From Macrostomum lignano (Eukaryota): 64,000 nucleotides of DNA. This document shows positions 1 through 12,426 of the stretch, piece after piece (position 1 is the first letter of the stretch; each line of letters starts with the position of its first letter). Location of the stretch: assembly GCA_002269645.1 (NCBI GenBank), contig NIVC01000347.1, positions 248,001 to 312,000 on the forward strand. Direction: 5' to 3'. Below the pieces are notes generated by a model, which did no database searches, had not been told where the DNA came from, and was given only the letters and a program-made list of their open reading frames with translations. Made by a program: the position numbers and the translations under genes.

Positions 1-36
1 TTCTCCCCCAATAAAATCCCCGAACCCATTCTGCAG

Positions 37-2794
37 GGCCAACCGGAGGCATTCCTGGCCTTCCTAAGCGAATTCAACGCAGACTCTGAGCAGCAGGAAA
101 TCTCCGAGCTGTTGATGTCATCCTCCGAGCTGCGCTCCCTCTATTCACAGCTGGTGCCCGCTGAGATGCCGCACAAGCACTTCTGGGCCAGGTTCGTTCA
201 ACTGTCACTGACAGGCCCTCAAATTTTCATCCTACGTAATTCTCTTAACTGAAAAAATTCCTAAGAGTATTCAAATCCCTAGCCTTCAAAATCCCAAATC
301 CTCAACTGTAGGATACCAAAAATCCCCAACTGGAGAATTCCCCAAATCCACAACTGGAGAATCCCCCAAATCCTCAACTGAAGAATCCCCCAAATCCCCA
401 ACTGGAGAATCCACAAAACCCCTAACTGGAGAATCCCCGAAACCTGCAAATGGAGAATCCCCCAAATCCCCAACTGGAGAATCCCCAAAATCCCCAACTG
501 GAGAATCCCAACTAGAGAATCCCCAACTGGAGAATCCCCAACTGGAGAATCCCCAACTGGAGAATCCACAAAACCCCTAACTGGAGAATCCACAAAACCC
601 CTAACTGGAGAATCCCCGAAACCTGCAAATGGAGAATCCCCCAAATCCCCAACTGGAGAATCCCCGAAACCTGCAAATGGAGAATCCCCCAAATCCCCAA
701 CTGGAGAATCCCCAAAATCCCCAACTGGAGAATCCCAACTAGAGAATCCCCAACTGGAGAATCCCCAACTGGAGAATCCTCAAAATCCCCAACTGAAGAA
801 TCCCCAAAATCCCCAACTGGAGAATCCCCAAAATCCCCAACTGGAGAATCCCCAAAATCCCCAACTGGAGAATCCACAAAATCCCCAACTGGAGAATCCC
901 CAAAATCCCCAACTGGAGAATTCCCCAAATCCACAACTGGAGAATCCCCTAAATCCTCAACTGAAGAATCCCCCAAATCCCCAACTGGAGAATCCTCAAA
1001 ATCCCCAACTGGAGAATCCCCAAAATCCCCAACTGGAGAATTCCCCAAATCCACAACTGGGGAATCCCCCAAATCCTCAACTGAAGAATCCCCCGAATCC
1101 CCAACTGGAGAATCCACAAAACCCCTAACTGGAGAATCCCCGAAACCTGCAAATGGAGAATCCCCAAAATCCCCAACTGGAGAATCCCAACTAGAGAATC
1201 CCCAACTGGAGAATCCCCAACTGGAGAATCCTCAAAATCCCCAACTGGAGAATCCCCAAAATCCCCAACTGGAGAATCCACAAAACCCCTAACTGGAGAA
1301 TCCCCGAAACCTGCAAATGGAGAATCCCCCAAATCCCCAACTAGAGAATCCCCAAAATCCCCAACTGGAGAATCCCAACTAGAGAATCCCCATTTGGAGA
1401 ATCCTCAAAATCCCCAACTGGAGAATCCCCAAAATCCCCAACTGGAGAATCCTCAAAATCCCCAACTGGAGAATCCCCAAAATCCCCAACTGGAGAATCC
1501 ACAAAACCCCTAACTGGAGAATCCCCGAAACCTGCAAATGGAGAATCCCCCAAATCCCCAACTAGAGAATCCCCAAAATCCCCAACTGGAGAATCCTCAA
1601 AATCCCCAACTGGAGAATCCCCAAAATCCCCAACTGGAGAATCCACAAAACCCCTAACTGGAGAATCCCCGAAACCTGCAAATGGAGAATCCCCCAAATC
1701 CCCAACTAGAGAATCCCCAAAATCCCCAACTGGAAAATCCCAACTAGAGAATCCCCAACTGGAGAATCCTCAAAATCCCCAACTGGAGAATCCCCAAAAT
1801 CCCCAACTGGAGAATCCCCAAAATCCCCAACTGGAGAATCCCCAACTGGAGAATCCTCAAAATCCCTAACTGGAAAATCCCCGAAACCTCCAACTGGAGA
1901 ATCCCCCAAATCCCCAACTGGAGAATCCCCGAAACCTGCAAATGGAGAATCCCCAAAACCTCCAACTGGAGAATCCTCAAAATCCCCAACTGGAGAATCC
2001 TCAAAATCCCCAACAGGAGAATCCCCAAAATCCCCAACAGGAGAATCCCCAAAATCCCCAACTGGAGAATCCCCAACTGGGGAATTCCCAATTGGAGAAT
2101 CCCCAAATCCCCAACTGTCAAATCACACAAACTTTCCAGCTCAAGAATCCCTAGAGTCGCCAATTGAGAATCCCAAATCCCCAACTCCAAATCCAAAAAA
2201 CTCCACAGATACTACTTTCGAGTCCGCGCCATTCGCGACACGGCCCGGCAGCGTCAGGAGTTAAAAAGGCGCGCCGCAGCCGCCGCCACCACTACCGCTG
2301 CTGCCGCTTCAGCTGCCGCAGCCGCCCCCGGCGGCGCCGCCGTCGAAGACCTGGACTCCATCAGCTGGGACGACTACGACGAGGACGAACCCGTCGTTCC
2401 CGACGCCGCCGCCGCTGGCAACGAAGACAAGTCCCACCAAGCCAGCGACTCTTTAAAGCTCTGTGAGCGCGGCGACACTATCGTGGTCCGACATCCGGCA
2501 TCCGGCAGCAGCGAGGAGGGCAGCAGCGGTGGCAGCGGCCGCGGGGCTGCTCAACAGCAAACGCCAGCTGCCCAGCCTCCCGTTGATCTTCATCCTCCAG
2601 CCGCGGCGTCAGCCTCAGCTACGAAGATATTGACACTAGACGCCGATGTTGATGAAGATCTGGACATTGACGACGTGGAATTGACCGAGGAGGATCTGAA
2701 GAGGGCCCGCGAGCTGGCGGTTGGCGGCGGAGGTGCCGCGGCTGACGAGGAGGACGAAGATTTGGGAGAGGACGATTGGGGAAAATGGGAGTGA
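37..2794 (+). CDS. BSDC1: BSD domain-containing protein 1-like, last two exons (37-191, 2209-2794); 5' part lies outside the window
   Basis: The exon after ctgcag reads GQPEAFLAFLSEFNADSEQQEISELLMSSSELRSLYSQLVPAEMPHKHFWAR. It splices in phase 2 (ag|gt...ccacag|a) to YYFRVRAIRDTARQRQELKRRA, resembling the BSDC1 EISELL...LY..MVP...HSEFW.RYFY segment. The frame continues into ORF 2483-2794, ending in an acidic tail EDDWGKWE*. Confidence 0.85.
260..2190. repeat. Intronic minisatellite, about 12/24 bp unit (ACTGGAGAATCCCCAAAATCCCCA)
   Basis: Directly visible tandem array filling the BSDC1-like intron; source of the spurious GDSPVG/GILQL ORFs. Confidence 0.95.
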
Positions 2795-2984
2795 TGCTGG
2801 GCTGGGCTGTAGGTTGGGATATTGAGCGAGGTGTTGTTTGTTTAATAGTGGCTGCGGATTTCTCTCTGGCTTTGGGATCATTGTCGGTATCTATTATTTT
2901 GATGTGCAAATTTGTTTTTGTTACCTGTATCTTAGAGTGCCACTTTCGGTAGAGGAAAACTTGTTTGCTCGATAAGATTCTTGT

Positions 2985-5900
2985 TTAGAGTGAATTTAGT
3001 GTCTAGAGTGACATTTAGAGTGAATATAGTGCCTAGAGTGACATTCAGAGTGACTATAGTGCCTAGAGTGACATTTAGAGTGAATACAGTGTCTAGAGTG
3101 ACATTCAGAGTGACTATAGTGTCTAGAGTGACATTTAGAGTGAATATAGTGTCTAGAGTGACATTTATAGTGAATATAGTGTCTAGAGTGACATTTAGAG
3201 TGAATATAGTGCCTAGAGTGACATTTAGAGTGACTATAGTGTTTAAAGTGACATCTAGAGTGAATACAGTGTCTAGAGTGACATTTAGAGTGACTATAGT
3301 GTCTAGAGTGACATCTAGAGTGAATACAGTGTCTAGAGTGACATTTAGAGTGACTATAGTGTCTAGAGTGACTATAGTGTCTAGAGTGAATATAGTGTCT
3401 AGAGTGACATTTAGAGTGAATATAGTGTCTAGAGTGACTATAGTGTCTAGAGTGACTATAGTGTCTAGAGTGACTATAGTGTCTAGAGTGACATTTAGAG
3501 TGAATATAGTGTCTAGAGTGACTATAGTGTCTAGAGTGACTATAGTGTCTAGAGTGACATTCAGAGTGACTATAGTGTCTAGAGTGACATTCAGAGTGAA
3601 AATAGTGTCTAGAGTAACTATAGTGTCTAGAGTGACATTTAGAGTGAATATAGTGTCTAGAGTGACTATAGTGTCTAGAGTGACATTTAGAGTGACTATT
3701 TGTCTAGAGTGACATTCAGAGTGACTATAGTGTCTAGAGTTACTAAATTACTATAGTGTCTAGAGTGACATTTAGAGTGACTATAGTGTCTAGAGTGACA
3801 TCTAGAGTGAATACAGTGTCTAGAGTGACATTTAGAGTGACTATAGTGTCTAGAGTGACTATAGTGTCTAGAGTGACATTTAGAGTGAATATAGTGTCTA
3901 GAGTGACTATAGTGTCTAGAGTGACTATAGTGTCTAGAGTGACTATAGTGTCTAGAGTGACATTCAGAGTGAAAATAGTGTCTAGAGTAACTATAGTGTC
4001 TAGAGTGACATTTAGAGTGAATATAGTGTCTAGAGTGACTATAGTGTCTAGAGTGACATTTAGAGTGACTATTTGTCTAGAGTGACATTCAGAGTGACTA
4101 TAGTGTCTAGAGTTACTAAATTACTATAGTGCCTAGAGTGACATTTAGAGTGAATACAGTGTCTAGAGTGACATTCAGAGTGACTATAGTGTCTAGAGTG
4201 ACATTCAGAGTGAAAATAGTGTCTAGAGTAACTATAGTGTCTAGAGTGACATTTAGAGTGAATATAGTGCCTAGAGTGACATTTAGAGTGACTATAGTGT
4301 CTAAAGTGACATCTAGAGTGAATACAGTGTCTAGAGTGACATTTAGAGTGACTATAGTGTCTAGAGTGACATCTAGAGTGAATACAGTGTCTAGAGTGAC
4401 ATTTAGAGTGACTATAGTGTCTAGAGTGACTATAGTGTCTAGAGTGACTATAGTGTCTAGAGTGACATTTAGAGTGAATATAGTGTCTAGAGTGACTATA
4501 GTGTCTAGAGTGACTATAGTGTCTAGAGTGACATTCAGAGTGACTATAGTGTCTAGAGTGACATTCAGAGTGAAAATAGTGTCTAGAGTAACTATAGTGT
4601 CTAGAGTGACATTTAGAGTGAATATAGTGTCTAGAGTGACATTTAGAGTGACTATTTGTCTAGAGTGACATTCAGAGTGACTATAGTGTCTAGAGTTACT
4701 AAATTACTATAGTGTCTAGAGTGACTATAGTGTCTAGAGTGACATTTAGAGTGACTATAGTGTCTAGAGTGACATTCAGAGTGACTATAGTGTCTAGAGT
4801 GACATTCAGAGTGACTATAGTGTCTAGAGTGACATTCAGAGTGACTATAGTGTCTAGAGTGACTATAGTGTCTAGAGTGACATTTAGAGTGAATACAGTG
4901 TATGGAGTGACATTTAGAGTGAATATAGTGTCTAGAGTGACATTTAAAGTGAATATAGTGTCTAGAGTGACATTTAGAGTGAATATAATGTCTAGAGTGA
5001 CTATAGTGTCTAGAGTGACTATAGTGTCCAGAGTGACTATAGTGTCTAGAGTGTCATTCAGAGTGACTATAGTGTCTAGAGTGACATTTAGAGTGAATAC
5101 AGTGTCTAAAGTGACATTTAGAGTGAATATAGTGTCTAGAGTGACATTTAGAGTGAATATGGTGTCTAGAGTGACATTTAGAGTGAATATAATGTCTAGA
5201 GTGTCATTTAGAGTGACTATAGTGTCTAGAGTGACTATAGTGGCTAGAGTGACATTCAGAGTGACTATAGTGTCTAGAGTGACATTTATAGTGAATATAG
5301 TGTCTAGAGTGACATTTAGAGTGAATATAGTGCCTAGAGTGACATTTAGAGTGACTATAGTGTTTAAAGTGACATCTAGAGTGAATACAGTGTCTAGAGT
5401 GACATTTAGAGTGACTATAGTGTCTAGAGTGACATCTAGAGTGAATACAGTGTCTAGAGTGACATTTAGAGTGACTATAGTGTCTAGAGTGACTATAGTG
5501 TCTAGAGTGAATATAGTGTCTAGAGTGACATTTAGAGTGAATATAGTGTCTAGAGTGACTATAGTGTCTAGAGTGACTATAGTGTCTAGAGTGACTATAG
5601 TGTCTAGAGTGACATTTAGAGTGAATATAGTGTCTAGAGTGACTATAGTGTCTAGAGTGACTATAGTGTCTAGAGTGACATTCAGAGTGACTATAGTGTC
5701 TAGAGTGACATTCAGAGTGAAAATAGTGTCTAGAGTAACTATAGTGTCTAGAGTGACATTTAGAGTGAATATAGTGTCTAGAGTGACTATAGTGTCTAGA
5801 GTGACATTTAGAGTGACTATTTGTCTAGAGTGACATTCAGAGTGACTATAGTGTCTAGAGTTACTAAATTACTATAGTGTCTAGAGTGACATTTAGAGTG

Positions 5901-7615
5901 ACTATAGTGTCTAGAGTGACATCTAGAGTGAATACAGTGTCTAGAGTGACATTTAGAGTGACTATAGTGTCTAGAGTGACTATAGTGTCTAGAGTGACAT
6001 TTAGAGTGAATATAGTGTCTAGAGTGACTATAGTGTCTAGAGTGACTATAGTGTCTAGAGTGACTATAGTGTCTAGAGTGACTATAGTGTCTAGAGTGAC
6101 TATAGTGTCTAGAGTGACTATAGTGTCTAGAGTGACATTCAGAGTGAAAATAGTGTCTAGAGTAACTATAGTGTCTAGAGTGACATTTAGAGTGAATATA
6201 GTGTCTAGAGTGACTATAGTGTCTAGAGTGACATTTAGAGTGACTATTTGTCTAGAGTGACATTCAGAGTGACTATAGTGTCTAGAGTTACTAAATTACT
6301 ATAGTGCCTAGAGTGACATTTAGAGTGAATACAGTGTCTAGAGTGACATTCAGAGTGACTATAGTGTCTAGAGTGACATTCAGAGTGAAAATAGTGTCTA
6401 GAGTAACTATAGTGTCTAGAGTGACATTTAGAGTGAATATAGTGCCTAGAGTGACATTTAGAGTGACTATAGTGTCTAAAGTGACATCTAGAGTGAATAC
6501 AGTGTCTAGAGTGACATTTAGAGTGACTATAGTGTCTAGAGTGACATCTAGAGTGAATACAGTGTCTAGAGTGACATTTAGAGTGACTATAGTGTCTAGA
6601 GTGACTATAGTGTCTAGAGTGACATTTAGAGTGAATATAGTGTCTAGAGTGACTATAGTGTCTAGAGTGACTATAGTGTCTAGAGTGACATTCAGAGTGA
6701 CTATAGTGTCTAGAGTGACATTCAGAGTGAAAATAGTGTCTAGAGTAACTATAGTGTCTAGAGTGACATTTAGAGTGAATATAGTGTCTAGAGTGACATT
6801 TAGAGTGACTATTTGTCTAGAGTGACATTCAGAGTGACTATAGTGTCTAGAGTTACTAAATTACTATAGTGTCTAGAGTGACTATAGTGTCTAGAGTGAC
6901 ATTTAGAGTGACTATAGTGTCTAGAGTGACATTCAGAGTGACTATAGTGTCTAGAGTGACATTCAGAGTGACTATAGTGTCTAGAGTGACATTCAGAGTG
7001 ACTATAGTGTCTAGAGTGACTATAGTGTCTAGAGTGACATTTAGAGTGAATACAGTGTATGGAGTGACATTTAGAGTGAATATAGTGTCTAGAGTGACAT
7101 TTAAAGTGAATATAGTGTCTAGAGTGACATTTAGAGTGAATATAATGTCTAGAGTGACTATAGTGTCTAGAGTGACTATAGTGTCCAGAGTGACTATAGT
7201 GTCTAGAGTGTCATTCAGAGTGACTATAGTGTCTAGAGTGACATTTAGAGTGAATACAGTGTCTAAAGTGACATTTAGAGTGAATATAGTGTCTAGAGTG
7301 ACATTTAGAGTGAATATGGTGTCTAGAGTGACATTTAGAGTGAATATAATGTCTAGAGTGTCATTTAGAGTGACTATAGTGTCTAGAGTGACTATAGTGG
7401 CTAGAGTGACATTCAGAGTGACTATAGTGTCTAGAGTGACATTTAGAGTGAATACAGTGTATGGAGTGACATTTAGAGTGAATACAGTGTCTAGAGTGAC
7501 ATTTAGAGTGAATATGGTGTCTAGAGTGACATTTAGAGTGAATATAATGTCTATAGTGACATTTAGAGTGAATATAATGTCTATAGTGACATTTAGAGTG
7601 AATACAGTGTCTAGA
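2985..7615. repeat. Satellite of 18 bp (TAGTGTCTAGAGTGACTA) and 30 bp (TAGTGTCTAGAGTGACATTTAGAGTGAATA) units with a 2.1-2.2 kb higher-order duplication
   Basis: Tandem units visible. The diagnostic variant TTACTAAATTA occurs at about 3740, 4113, 4696 and again at 5861, 6288, 6853. Confidence 0.95.
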
Positions 7616-8754
7616 ATGTCCCTCCCCAACCCTTTATCTATTAACATCTATCAACAGAAATCGTACTTTAAAGTTTCATTTGTTTGTTTTATAAAAATTC
7701 ACAGGATTTTAAACTCTTATTAATGTGAATATTTAGTCACTATTTGGTGAATCGTCTATCATCATATGTTTATTTATGTAATTTTTATACAGGCCTTAAT
7801 GCTAAATACTATAAATTAGTTTTGTGATTTTTGTAACTATTCACCTAATAATTGCATATAATATTAGTTCTATAATATTTGTTATTTTGTTATTTTTTTC
7901 GTTTCTTACAGTGGGTTTCCTACAATGGGGATAAATTTTTCAATCTAATTCTTTATCTTTCTGAGTAATTTATTTCCTAATATAGTTTTCTAAACAATTA
8001 AAAATTAATTATATTTTCGTACTCTGGTGGTTTAAGGTGTAATGTAGTTTTCAAAAAACTTTTTTGTTATAAACTGATGAGAACTTTAGTTCATCCCAAG
8101 TAAAGTTATTTACGCAACATATCGTCTCATCTACGCTACGGTTTTTATTATTGCAGTTTTTCATGTTTAAAATATTCCCAAAACAATCGATAACAAGTTT
8201 TTTGTGTTTTCGTGTCGGAGTTTCAATTAATAAAACCCTTTTGGCTTTCCTGAAAAATTCAACTCTAAATAGAAACTCTGTTGTGCTGGCCTCATATGAT
8301 TCTGGCTTGAGTTATTCGCTTTGCTTGTACATAAATTAATTATTTTCCATACTAATAAAAAGCGATTAAAATATGTCAGTGTGTTAAATAGAATTTGTAC
8401 ATTATTATGAGACTTGATAAGCTTCTCTCCTTTTTGAGCCATTTTTCACATCTGACATCAAGTTGGTAGTTTGAGTTGATGTAGAATATACGTGCCCAAT
8501 ACTGATTATTATAATTTTATTTTTTTTTCGTTCAATCTTGAAATAATTTTTAAGATAATTTGCCAACCCGTTCGTTTCATAGATCTTTTATTCAGTTCTT
8601 TGGCGACGGCTTGACTGGCTGAGGTAAAAAGTAAATAAATGAATACTGCATATAGCGGAGCCTATCTGTGTATATTAACCGCAAATATTCGATTTCATTT
8701 TATAGTCCTTTTTAACCTTAGAGTAATAAATGAGTTGTTTTGCTTGGCTGGCCA

Positions 8755-9075
8755 ATGTACAGATGCGGGCAAGGGGTGGTGGTGGGTTGGCTAGCCAGTG
8801 TACAGATAAGGGGTGGTGGGGTCGGCTAGCTAGTGTGCAGATAAGGGGTGGTGGAGGTTGGCTAGCCAGTGCACAGATAAGGGGTGGTGGGGGGTTGGCT
8901 AGCCAGTGCACAGATAAGGGGTGGTGGGGGTTGGCTAGCCAGTGCACAGATAAGGGGTGGTGGGGGGTTGGCTAGCCAGTACACAGATAAGGGGTGGTGG
9001 GGGGGGGGTTGGCTAGCCAGTGCACAGATAAGGGGTGTGGGGGTTGGCTAGCTAGTGTGCAGATAAGGGGTGGAG
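8755..9075. repeat. G-rich 36-37 bp tandem repeat (GGCTAGCCAGTGCACAGATAAGGGGTGGTGGGGGGTT), about 8 copies
   Basis: Visible tandem copies, each with multiple G-runs. Confidence 0.9.
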
Positions 9076-9261
9076 AGGCTTGGCTTGTATTTAGATGTCG
9101 AAAGTTATAAAATTCGAAACGAAGGGTTGAAAGCACAGGCCTGGCTGAGACAAGTGAGATAAATGAACAGCCAATTAGAAAAGACCGTCGTAAGACAGAA
9201 TTTGGAGAGTTTGGTGCTTAATAAAATTGAAATTGTTTCTGCCCCAATGCCTGCCAATTAA

Positions 9262-9954
9262 ATGGAGGCGCCAACTTCAGCCCGCGGCCGCGCCAGGCGC
9301 CGCGCCGAGGCGGAGGAGCGCTCAGCGGACTATCGCAGCGGCTATCCAGACGCGCCGAAATCGTCAGCTAGTAGGGACATCTGGAATTTCTACAATAACA
9401 AAATCAAATCGGAACCGCGCGGGGATTTTATTGATGTCATGCTAGTCGAATGGAAAGGCAATTATGAACTGCTAGAGCGGCATCACGGCTTCATCCAGTG
9501 GCTGTTCCCGCTGCGTGAGGCTGGCATCAACTGGCAGGCCAGCGTCATGTCAGCTAAGGAAGCTCAGCAAATCGCCGCCAGTGAGGCATGTCGCCACCGA
9601 CTGGTGCAGGCCTACAGGCTGATGCTGGACTTCTACGGCTTCCGGCTGGTTGATGAGGCCACCGGAGCTCTGGAGCCCGCCGAGAATTTCAGCTCTCGAA
9701 TCGCCTTCTTGAACGTCTCCGGTCACAACTATTTGAGAATCAGTCGGATTCTGAAATCCCTTGGCGAACTGGGATTTGAGCATTATAAAGCTCCCTGGAT
9801 TAAGATGCTCATCATGCTGTGCTTCAATGGTGACAAGCCGCCATTGCGGCGAGCTCAGGCTGCCTGCGAGTTTCACTGGGTGTACACGCTCAAGAATGAG
9901 GCGGAGAGGCTGGAACTGCTCGGATTGATTGACAGTCTGGTTAAACCTGCGTGA
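9262..9954 (+). CDS. Opioid growth factor receptor conserved-domain (OGFr_N) protein, intronless, 230 aa
   Basis: Motifs NFY.N.I...P.G..I..ML..W..NYELLERHHGFIQWLFP.RE.G.N, AYRLMLDFYG and HNYLRISRILKSLGELG are typical of the OGFR/OGFRL1 domain. Confidence 0.9.
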   Translation: MEAPTSARGRARRRAEAEERSADYRSGYPDAPKSSASRDIWNFYNNKIKSEPRGDFIDVMLVEWKGNYELLERHHGFIQWLFPLREAGINWQASVMSAKEAQQIAASEACRHRLVQAYRLMLDFYGFRLVDEATGALEPAENFSSRIAFLNVSGHNYLRISRILKSLGELGFEHYKAPWIKMLIMLCFNGDKPPLRRAQAACEFHWVYTLKNEAERLELLGLIDSLVKPA

Positions 9955-9959
9955 CACTC

Positions 9960-10075
9960 TTTGAGTGTGCGAAAATTGACCCTTTTGACTTTCTAATCGT
10001 CGGGCATGTACATTCTCGATCTGTTTCTTTAGGGTTGGCCCTCACGGCTGTGAATGGCACGACAGCCCCCCCCGG
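9960..10075 (-). mobile_element. Fragment of the SINE family core domain (no tRNA head seen)
   Basis: Shares TGACTTTCTAATCGTC.GGCATGTACA and GGGTTGGCC.TCA.GGC.GT.AAT.GCACGA with the full SINE at 63194-63564. Confidence 0.6.
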
Positions 10076-10159
10076 ACAAGTTTCATGCATGAATGTGACC
10101 GTGGCGCGTTAGTCGTGGGAATCCAATGCTAAAATACTCCCAAGGTTCATCTCGAAATA

Positions 10160-11126
10160 CTTCGGGTGTGTCATAAGTAATGTCACTGATGTGAAAACAG
10201 ACGAACTTTCAATCGCAGATGAACAAAACTGTACTACTCAACAACATAGAGTCCCCCAATATCAATCACCCTCTGGCAGTGCTCATACAGCTTGTCCACC
10301 TCAGCCTGCAGGTGTTTTTCCTCCAACTGCCATAACCAGTGCAACGCAGCCTGTTTTACCTCTTCATGGTTTGCGAAACTCTTCTTGGAAAAGTCAGCCT
10401 TCAGCCATTTAAACAGGAATCTCTTGCAAAAGTTGAAGTCTGGGCTGTAGGGACTGTCAGAGCAGATTCACTTGCCGTGCAGGCAGAAAATTCGAAACAG
10501 CCTTCAGGTGTGCATCCGTGCGGTGTCCATATGCCACAGAACCTCGTCCAGGTGACATGGATTTGACCGGAGAGTGCGCCAGAGGTCTCCAGTGTGCCGG
10601 ACAAAGTCGATAAAATACTGGCCATCGACCTTGGTGTTCGGTGGAGTTGTGCAGATGGAGACTCGTTTGTTTGGCGTGAAGGCTACCAGCAGCATGGTCT
10701 TCTTGTCCGAAATGGACTTCCTGGTCACCATCGGCCTGTAGTCCCCAGCTCCCATCTTAGCGATTATCTGCCTTGCTGCCCTTGCCATCCAGGTGGAGCC
10801 AGCTTTCATCCTCAGCAACCAGGCAGTTTAGGATGTCATTCAAGCCCTGGCTGCTAAACACCTTGCGGATCTGCTTGGTGCAGGCGTCATGTCGAGATTC
10901 ATGGTGATTTTTTTTCGCTACATAGATGATTTTTCATCGCGTTGCACTTGCTAAATCTGCTTGGCGTATTCTTGCGATAGCTTGGGCCATAAACAACCTA
11001 TGCACGTCTCAAATGCACTGCTATTGCTTCACTAAGTATACTTTGCAGCTACACTACCCACAAGTCCATGTGCCTACATATTTTAGACAGAGGCCTGCAG
11101 TGACATTACTTATGACACACCCGAAG
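10160..11126 (-). mobile_element. Mariner-like DNA transposon, decayed and shortened (967 bp)
   Basis: Perfect 29 bp TIRs (CTTCGGGTGTGTCATAAGTAATGTCACTG, 10160-10188 and 11098-11126) with TA on both sides. Minus-strand transposase relics VAEDESW, WHMDTARMH, YSPDFNFC..FLFKWLK and RVIDIGGLYV are broken by stops and frameshifts. Confidence 0.93.
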
Positions 11127-11378
11127 TAATCTTATGGTTAATTGTATTTTACTTTTATTCATACTGGCCAATGAAAGGTTTAATGCTGTGATCCTCTTTT
11201 AATAGTAATTTTCTGCACTTTTACTAGCATTGCGAGGTCCTGAAATGTTTATGCTCTGTGTCCGAGCTTTTCTACTTTAAGTAGCATAGATAGTGTTACT
11301 ATTTTCTACATCTTAGCTAATTTCAAATTTGAAAGCCGATTTTTATAAAAAATCAGGAAATGAATTTATTTGTACCTT

Positions 11379-11515
11379 TAACCAATAAACATTTGAAGGT
11401 CGACTTTCCATCTAACCAATAAACATTTGAAGGTCAACTTTCCATCTAACCAATAAACATTTGAAGGTCAACTTTCCATCTAACCAATAAACATTTGAAG
11501 GTCAACTTTCCATCT
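11379..11515. repeat. 34 bp tandem repeat x4 (TAACCAATAAACATTTGAAGGTCAACTTTCCATC)
   Basis: Four contiguous near-identical units with no spacers. Confidence 0.9.
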
Positions 11516-12426
11516 ATCTAAAGTACAATGCACGTTTTAATGTTGAAGCTGATAAAATAAAAATCGATTCAGCATTTTCTTATCTATTTTATCATATAAA
11601 ATGAAACAATTTCAAAGGCACTTCAAAATCAGAAAGCTTCTTTTTTAATACCTGTAGGTGTGCAAGAAAAATAAACATGGATATTGTGTCAGTTTATATT
11701 TTGCAGTTGCATAGAAACTATAGCCAAAATGTACACACCATACTACTAGCGTACTGTACAAATTTAAACAATTTTGGCTTGAGGTGCAGTTATAACAAAT
11801 GTACTAAATTGATTAACATTATCAATAAATCAAGCCAATTATATCTAAATCGTTGGAAAAGTACATTTACTAACATAATAGATCTGTTTGACCAGCAAAA
11901 TGTACATGTACTCGTACGAGTATGCATACTACTAGTAGTAGTTTATTACGCCTGTGCTTTTGTGACCGTATATAATAAATTTGTAAGTGTATTTGAATCA
12001 CATACTTACCTTAGATTTTTTTCGTCTTTTTAGGAAGACAATTTTTCCGTTTAATCGGCGAAAAATGGATTAAAACAAAATGAAAACTACACAATTGTAC
12101 TTTTGAAACAATGTTGCGTAACAATCTACAACAAAAATATTTATGGGTACAGCAAATTAAACGGGGTTTTTAAGGCGGTTAAATAAAAAGGCAAAAGCGA
12201 GAAAACAGGGAAGAGATGCGACGAATTCTTGTTTTCAGTCTAATTGTTACGAAAATCTCCAAACAAGAAGGTAAGAAATGCGATGCGAATGAGTAGTTCG
12301 TATAGCTATTAGCTAATCAGCCTACTGTTAGTAGGCAACCAAAGTGCTTTGTAACTTTTTTACTTTCAAATGGGAAAATTAAAAAATCGCTAGAAAATAT
12401 CAATGATTAAACAGGTACATTTTCAG

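Noticed and set aside
279-2196. GDSPVG, GILQL and ENPQ repeat ORFs
   Set aside because: They lie within the BSDC1-like intron, whose flanking exons join in phase.
2981-7723. Long ORFs (VTIVSR/VTFRV, up to 373 aa)
   Set aside because: They are stop-free only because the 18 and 30 bp units are multiples of 3; no splice or domain evidence.
11379-11515. 34 bp direct repeats of CRISPR-like length
   Set aside because: The units are contiguous with no unique spacers, there are no cas genes, and the context is eukaryotic.
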